A DNA stretch of 64,000 bases from the human T2T-CHM13v2.0 reference genome, Homo sapiens. Positions within the stretch are counted from its first letter, which is position 1, and each line of letters starts with the position of its first letter. The notes below the pieces were generated by a model. It saw nothing but the letters and a program-made list of their open reading frames with translations. It did not search any database and was not told where the DNA came from. Below, piece after piece: positions 56,524-64,000 of the stretch. The position numbers were made by a program, and so were the translations under genes. The stretch lies in the NCBI RefSeq assembly GCF_009914755.1, contig NC_060927.1; one strand, written 5' to 3'.

Positions 56524-59500
56524 TCAAACCTGGGTTTTAAAATAGATGACGGAACTGGTACCGAGAAGCAGTTAAGACCATGAGGCCATTCTCTGTAAGT
56601 CTCTCCTCCATTGCTTGTTTACCTCAGATAACCCTAAGTCTCTGCTATGCACTCGAGCTGACGATAGCAACATGGGTCTAGGTTGTGACACATATCATGT
56701 ACTGGGCTTGTAGAACATTGCTTTCTCTGGGGGAAATGCTGGCTGTATATAGAACTGGTGCTTTGAAGACAAGACCTTGCAGAGTTCTGGAGAGTCAAGT
56801 GTTTGTATAAGACCAGTGTTATGATATTTTATGCCCTTACTGCTCCCTGGAATGTGGGCTATATGAGATACAGGATAGATTCAACAATGGAGAAATCCAG
56901 CATATCAGCAATTCCAGCTTAGGGGACCCCCAGGTTGTAGCTTCTAGCAGACCCCAGAACAAAGCCCGTCTGGCTAGGGGTAAAAGCAGGGAAAGATGAA
57001 AATGGTGATTTTATACTTACAAAGGAATTTTAATTTCTTTGTGGGAAGGGGGAATGACTAGACAAGGAGGTTACACTTTACAGAAAAGGGCCTTAGTTGG
57101 GAGCATTCTCACACTGTTAAAAATCTCATTATTTGAACTATAAGGTTTATATTATCTAGTGGCTTCATATAACCTGGGGAAGGGGAGGTGGTTTAAAGGT
57201 TTCCTTCTGCTAAGCATGGCTCAAGGATTGCAACATTCAGCAAACAATTGCCTCCTTCCCATCCCCCATTTCACATGGCCGCTTACAGCAATGGTAGCAG
57301 CTAGAGAGCAGAACCAGCACAGGGTATCTGGCAATCAAATACCCAGATGAAATACAATTGGTTAGAAGACAAAAACTAAATTCTGCCCATGGAAGTCGGC
57401 TTGGGAGGTTACTGTCTAACATGTAATTGTAACCCACAGGTTGGACAGTACAACTCAGGTTGACCGGCCCAAGTGTGGGGGGCACTCCAAACTCCAGGGG
57501 GAGCTCAAGACTTGCCCTACCTCTTTACTCCTTCCAGAGAGAAGAAATGTGATCAAGTCTAAGATGATACCCAGGTCCTCAAGGACAGACAGGGGGAAAG
57601 ATGGGGTGGGGCAATAGCTTTGGCTAGGAAGAGCAAATGTGGTCCTGAACACTGTCTACCTTTTCTGCTGCATGAGGCTGAAAGCTGCTCCCACTCTCCA
57701 AAGGCTGAGAAGGCCCAGGGAAGAGCTCAAGGCAATGGACCTGTTGCGGGCCTTTGGAGTAAAAGAGTCATCAAAGGTGACCTATGGGGCACTAGCAAGT
57801 TTGCAAGGGTAGAGAAGTTGGCAAGGCATGCCTTTGGTCATCAACTAGGAGGGCTGGCTTTTGGGATACTGGTCTTGTCCTTTCTTCACTTCTATCAGCG
57901 AATGATATGGGTGATTTGTAAAGATTTCTATTCTAACTCTGGCTAAAATACAAGGAAAGAAATTCTTTGTATTAATGCTTCGTCACTGCTCCTCCTCCCA
58001 AAAGAAGTGGTCACGGATGGGAGGAGAGCCTTCCGTCCACGGGTGTAAAGTACTAAATCAGCAATGTCCTGATTCATAGATGGTGACCTGTGGGTAAGAA
58101 CGATTATCTATCACTGAATAGCTGCATCTTATTCTCGGGACAAAATTGCCTCTTGCAGACAGTAATTTCCAAACAGAAAACCTCTGTTATCAAATAAGGA
58201 AGAAAACTGAATGCCAATGGTAGTAGAGTGATTTTTTTTGACCCAGATGAACTAGTTTCAGATTTACTTCCTTTAAGTTCATATTCTTTCTACACTTCAG
58301 CATTTTTCTTGAAACAGCTTGGATTTGTACAGTTCCCTTTCTTCAAAGGACTCATTTAGCCTAACAATTTAGGATTGTTACTTTAGAACGCCAAAAATGG
58401 AAACCTAGATGCCTTGAATTTCAGCGTTAGAAATTAAAGGTCAGGAGACGAGAAAAGAATTAGACCAACTTCGATTGAAGTAGGGCTCAAGTATTAGCAC
58501 ATACGGGGCTCTTCCATTAAAAATATTTTATACAGGATGAATATTTCTAATTGCATAAGAGTGTCGCATCTCAGAACTTGTGGGATGTGGAGAAACCAAA
58601 GCATTTAACAGTCAAGTAACATGCTTGTGAGTACGGAACTGACTCCAGGAGAGTCAAGATAAAAACAAGAGGTTCTTCTGACTTCTAATGCACCGCCCCC
58701 TTTCGACTACCATAGGCTTCTTTTAGACCTACAGCCACAGAGCTGGCATGTTGGTTACTTTCATGCTTAAGAGACCAGCAGCATACAAATGTGAGGGACT
58801 GGCAGGATTACACCAAAGGAGGATTCTGAGCATTATTTGAATCAGTGTTTTACTACTTTCCTTGGGCAGCTTAGCTCTTCAAAGAATTTTAATACTCAAC
58901 CTGTAGAAATATGATAGACAACTATTGGTTTTATTTTCAAGATTGAGAAAGAGGTCTAAGGAAACCCTTGTTCTCCCAACTCATTAGAGATGACAGGGCG
59001 GCTTCCTCTACTGTGACCTTACATCAACCACAGTGGATTTTATCATGAAGGGCTGCTCACACTGGATCACGCAATCAGGATAAGGGGAAACAGGACATTT
59101 TTCCTGAAAGGAAAAAAAATTGCAAAACTAAACCTTAAGCTTTAACAACCCTTCTATAATTTACTCCCAACTTACATAATTCTCATCCACACTGGCACTA
59201 AAGTGAAATGTTAACAGTACTTGAAATAGGATTTAAGCACTGTGGAAAATCTTATCTTTAATTTCAGATTGAAAATTCATCCTTAAAATCTGACAGGAGA
59301 AAATCCAAACCCTAGGGAAATGAGTTTCTTCCCCCAGAACCATTCCCTTCTATCTATAGCCCCACTTCTCCTAAAAGCAGAAACTCAGCAAGTACGTCAA
59401 GGGTGCCTAAACTGTGACTTGCTCTCTAGCACATGCAGTCTTACTGGGAAACATAGCATTAGCTGCTCAAAGTCTAAATGCAGCCTAGCAACACTTGGCT

Positions 59501-60689
59501 AGTGTATGTGTTTAAAAGAGGAAACAGAAAATGAGAAATAGCCCTAACTAGCTTTTGTTCTCTTTATCTAGAAGGTCATCCCAAGGACTCAGAACTCTGG
59601 GTTTGAGACCCTTTACAGTGTTACTTCCCCACCAGCTGGAGGCTGGGGCAGCTGGGATGGGAAGGGCATGTGGTAGGGAATGCGGTGGTGTGCGGGCTGT
59701 ATGCACCAGGTGTCCACAGTGCGCAGAGCAGGCGCTGTGGCCGAGGCGGGACATAAACACGTGACAGGGCTCCTCTGCTTCTGCAGACACTTGGAGCCTA
59801 AGAAATGTGATTTGTTTCCTGTTTCAATAGGCATAAAAATGGGGAAGCAGGGACTATGATTATTAGTTGTCAAAATACTAAATACCTCCCAAAACCCTAT
59901 GCTGTTTCCACCTTCTTCCGCAAGAAATAAAATTCCATGGCTGCTGGGGAAGAAAAAAAATGAAGAGGGAGTTGAGGAGAAGCAGAAATTTTCTGAGTCG
60001 AGATATCCCTCAGCACAGCAAAGTTATCCCCCCTCAATTATTCTCTATTAAAATTCAGATGAGGAAACTAGGGGTAGGCTCCAGGATCCGGCCTTTACTG
60101 TGGGTGACCATGTGAAAGAGACATCCCCCCCTCTTCTATTCTACCTTTTCTATGGGAAAAGTATAAAAGACCCTCATTAAGTGCTCTTGCAGGCCATTAC
60201 AAAGCATTTCCAGGCACTCAGCTGAAAGTGTTTATGTAAGCGAAGTCCTTTTCAGCCCCTCTGGAGAAACACAGATATCAGCAACCTCCTACACAGCTGA
60301 TATCTAGGGTTACCTCCTGAGAGGTTTCAAACTCTCTCACAAAAGGACAATCTGCCCAGGCCTGTTCTTTTTTTAATAGGGAAGGGAAGGCATGCTTGCA
60401 AGGCCAACTTACAGCAAGGGAAAAAAAAATCCTTGAGGCAAAACACAAGTGCAAACTGCCTTATTAAGTTTGTGAGGATGAAGAGTAGGAACTAAGAAGA
60501 GCTCTTTAAAATCCTGAGGAAGTTGCTCTGGATCATTATTATTAAGTTTTGTTTTGCCTTTTAACTGATTGTCCTTTTTATGCTCATCATACATCCCTGG
60601 GCTATCCCACAGAGAACACTGGACGTGTGTCTGTGAGCTGCCGGTGAGCTACCAGGTAAGATGTTGGAGGATGTTTAAGTGTGGAAGCA

Positions 60690-60790
60690 GCTAGGTGTGG
60701 TGGCTCGAACCTGTAATGCCAGCTATGTGGGAGGACTGCTTGAGGCCATGAGTTTCAGACCAGCCTGGGCAACACAGCAAGACCACCCCC
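60690..60790 (+). mobile_element. Alu monomer (FLAM-like), followed by (ATCA)n
   Basis: gctaggtgtggtggctcgaacctgtaatgccagcta...gaccagcctgggcaacacagcaagacc. Confidence 0.8.
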
Positions 60791-61659
60791 AGCACACCCG
60801 CTTGGCCAATTAATCAATCAATCAATCAAGGCTGGATGCTATTTTGAGGCACGTGCACCCTTAAAACCTGGCCTAGTTTTGGCATGATGAGGCTACTTTG
60901 GTTTGGGGGTTGCTCAGAGGCTGGGTTTTTCTGGTACTTCCAAGGATGTTCATTTTGGGAGGCAATGCATTTGATTAGTGTCCAGTGGAAGGGTTTACAG
61001 CCATAGTGAGGTTCCCCCATTGCTCAGTACCAGAGTTTGAGTACGGTCGTTTAAAAAATACTTATCTGACCACAGTGGAAAATTAAACAGGAGTGAAGGC
61101 AAAGGAGTAGAAAAACTACAACTTTGTCTCCCCCTGTGTTAAAATTGTAAGCCTAAGCAAGAAGTGTCTGTGTCGTGGCAGGTAAACACCTGGGCTATTC
61201 AGGCCTGGAGTAGAGGGGAGGTCAGAGAAGAGCAGGCAGGAATCCTCAATGGGGAGCTAAAGCCACAACCCCACGGGAAGGAGATAAAAGGGTTTAACAG
61301 CCTCAGATCAAGTCTCAACACCTCCCTCTCCAGGGGAAGCTAAACCACCCTCTCCTCTTATTATCACGCCCTTTAGACAGCTACAGTCTAAAATGAGAGA
61401 CAAAGAAAGGGGAATGGGCTTCACTGGCTTTGTGGGTCAGCGGCAGCTCTTCCCCAGAATCCCAGGCCATCAGCCCGGCAGTTTAAGGGTTAAAGTGAGC
61501 ACTTAAAAGAAAACTCAAACCCCATTAAGCCCAGGCTTGGAGAACAGGGAGCAGCAGGGAAGCCAAAGGAAACTAATTTTGGAGGCTCTCCAAGCTGCCA
61601 ATCACAAGCATATTTCTAACAGTCCCAGTGTTGTTTGAGTTGGTTGTTTTTCCACGGGC

Positions 61660-61870
61660 TGCACAATGGGGTCTGGTTATTCATTGAAAAAGTCTGCAAG
61701 TGAGCCCCGCCCTCCATTCACAACCAATTTGGAATGCTCCATTCAGGCAAGAGGGGGAATCTGCAGCTCTGCTAGCTGGGGCAGACCTAATAGTGCTCAG
61801 CGCCCAGCTGTCGCCGCAGGGACGCTTGCTCGCTCAGTACGCTGTGTTTACGTAAGAAATTCAGACACGG
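61660..61870. promoter_or_regulatory. Candidate intronic enhancer with three CIC octamers
   Basis: TCAATGAA (61680-61687), TGAATGGA (61713-61720) and TGAATGGA (61738-61745) on the minus strand, plus GC-box, CCAAT, GGAATG, E-box, TGTTTAC, TTACGTAA and local CpG retention. Motif-based only. Confidence 0.5.
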
Positions 61871-64000
61871 CAGGGGATCTTGCCTGCTGTGCACCCTTCC
61901 TAGGATTCAAATGGCCAAGACCCTTGTGGAAATCTGCAAGGCTGTGCAAAAGTCCGCTAGAAGTAAGGTCAGAAAGTGCCCTCTGGCAAAACGGGAAAGG
62001 CAAAAGAAAAACTATCATGTGCCCCTCGGTTCAGAATCTGGCTGTAGCTACCAGCGGAGAGAAACAGACTTCAGTGGTATTTCTCCTGCCCCAGGGTGAG
62101 CTGGTTTGCATTAGGGCACAACTCTCTCTGGAAGCCTGCCTCTCCAGACCTTCCTTCCCATTCACTGCTGGTAGCTACATCGGGAGCCACCTGGCTTCCT
62201 CCCCAGGGGAGGAGGGCTCTGGAGACACTACCAGATTTTCTGGCTGCAGAGGAGGGGACAAGCTACCTATTAAGACAATTTCACAGTTCCTTTTTTGGCT
62301 TTGGATCCAGCCTGAAGAGTTCAGAATACCCTCCTGAATGCTCATGAGACATCAAAAGGGAAGAATGTGGAGATCTAAGGTTGGAGGGTGAAATCTACGC
62401 CGAGACTTTGCAAAGTACAAGGCAAAAAAAACTGGCTTTGCTTCTTAGATATTTTTTCCAAACCTTCAATAATCACCCTGAGGGAAAGCGGATGGAGCCC
62501 GTCTGACAACCAGACTTTATTTCAAGGAAAAGCATACTTCTTTATGAAAAGCAAATCCAGGAGATAAATTTTAGCTCATGGTTGTTTCCTTTTTTTCATC
62601 ACATATTTGGCTATTTTCAAATGTCTTATGTATGCTTCTTCTCACTGCCTGCCCTCATGTCCCCTCCAGCGAACTCAGTGCCACTGGAAGCATTTCTCTG
62701 AAGTCCTTCTGACCACAGAATCCCCATTCCATGCCTCGGCTGTTCAGATCAGCCTCAAACTCCTGGCCTTTTAATAACTAGATCTTATCCTGCTCCCTGG
62801 AATCTTGCACTCTCTGCTTCAATTTTCCCCTAGATGCTTCTTTCTTTTTAAACAAGGGAGCCCCCTTTATTTTCTATGCAGAGTCCTCTTACGGGGAATT
62901 CTTTTCCCTTTAACATCTGAGTTGCTAACCCACTGTCATTTGCCTGCCAGGCCCAAAGGTGTACTTACATTATGGTTATAATTTATACATACACACTCTA
63001 ACTAGTGCCGGCACATACTAGGGGCCTGGTATCTTGCCACTCCTTTAAGCCAAGCCTAGAGGGATAGGACAATGATAGAATAGAAACTGACGACCAAAGC
63101 CTCTGTTAAATGAGCTTGATGAGTTCACAAAATGAATTTTTAAAAAAGCAACCTAATCCGGTAATGGCATCAGCATGCCTGGCACTTGTCCAAGAGCTGG
63201 GAGCTGCAACATGACAAGCCTCTGAGCTCCTTGGATTCCAAGTGGAGAAGCACTGTGTGCCAGGGCACAGATGGGGCCCAAGCTGCCTCAAGGGCAGCCG
63301 TATGCCCGAGAGGGGGCTGTCAGCCTCTGAGGCTGGATGTACTTTACCACCACTAAAACCCAAGAAATGTGTGGAGGGAACAGTTTCTCGGCAGAGAATC
63401 ACACACCCCACCCCACCACCAAGAAACATTTTTTTCTAGGGCTGAAATTAAAACAATGATACTACTAGATGGTAGAAATGGGAGACAGTACACATTTTCG
63501 GCTTCATTATGCTACCCATGCCTTACTCCTGTAAAACTGAAGAATGCTGAAAGAGGAGGGGATAAATGGTAATTTCTTCATGGATGCCAGGATTTTGTTA
63601 CTTCTGGCACCTACACAAGTGATCTTGACACAGATGTAACTCCCCGTCCCAAATCTTTCTCACCAAATACAAAGGACTGGTAAGCCTACTGGGTTTTGTT
63701 AGATGACTAACAGCGCAGAGACACAGAAGGGTAAGAGAAAAATTCAGTTTTAAATAAGCCTAACTGAATTAAAGGTAGACGAAAGCAGATTTTGTAAAAC
63801 AGATGGCTCCTTTAAGTAAATGCGTACTGTAGGTCTTGGGTCCTTCAGAATACTGAGTCTAAGAATCTTTGAGGCTATCAAAACAGGAAGGATTTCAAAT
63901 CATTTAGCACCCTCCCAGCAGTAAGGTACTGGGCTAACTAACAAACACTTTGAAAGTAACACTGTAAAACCTGGAGTCAAAGAATCTCTCCTCCATGTTT

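Noticed and set aside
61666-62337. 223-aa ORF on the plus strand, the longest in the track
   Set aside because: No recognisable domain and a Ser/Cys/Arg/Pro-rich composition typical of non-coding frames; antisense in an ETV5 intron over GC-rich regulatory-like DNA. Would need Ribo-seq or codon-conservation evidence.

Overview
Primate (almost certainly human, 3q27) genomic DNA holding the 3' part of ETV5 (ERM, a PEA3-group ETS transcription factor) on the minus strand. Eight GT-AG-bounded coding exons (conventional exons 6-13; 130, 288, 260, 60, 69, 170, 102 and 222 nt, 1301 nt total) splice in frame to give residues ~78-510, including the whole ETS domain. A ~2.3 kb 3' UTR ends near an AATAAA at 10149-10154. 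The 5' exons and promoter lie beyond the right edge. The rest is intron and 3' flank rich in Alu, L1, L2, MIR, MER5 and LTR remnants, plus a 7SL pseudogene. I see no new protein-coding system; nearly all other ORF-track entries are Alu-derived, antisense or chance ORFs. The most notable observations are: (1) a 134-nt mitochondrial ND4 fragment (NUMT) inside the 5' end of an Alu; (2) a complex Alu with a duplicated left arm, a fold-back junction and a tailless inverted Alu, apparently copied from a neighbour 2 kb away; (3) three Capicua (CIC) octamers within 66 bp in a CpG-rich enhancer-like patch of intron 5; (4) a candidate poison exon in the last intron. Repeat family names and reference protein comparisons are from recalled consensus sequences, not database searches.
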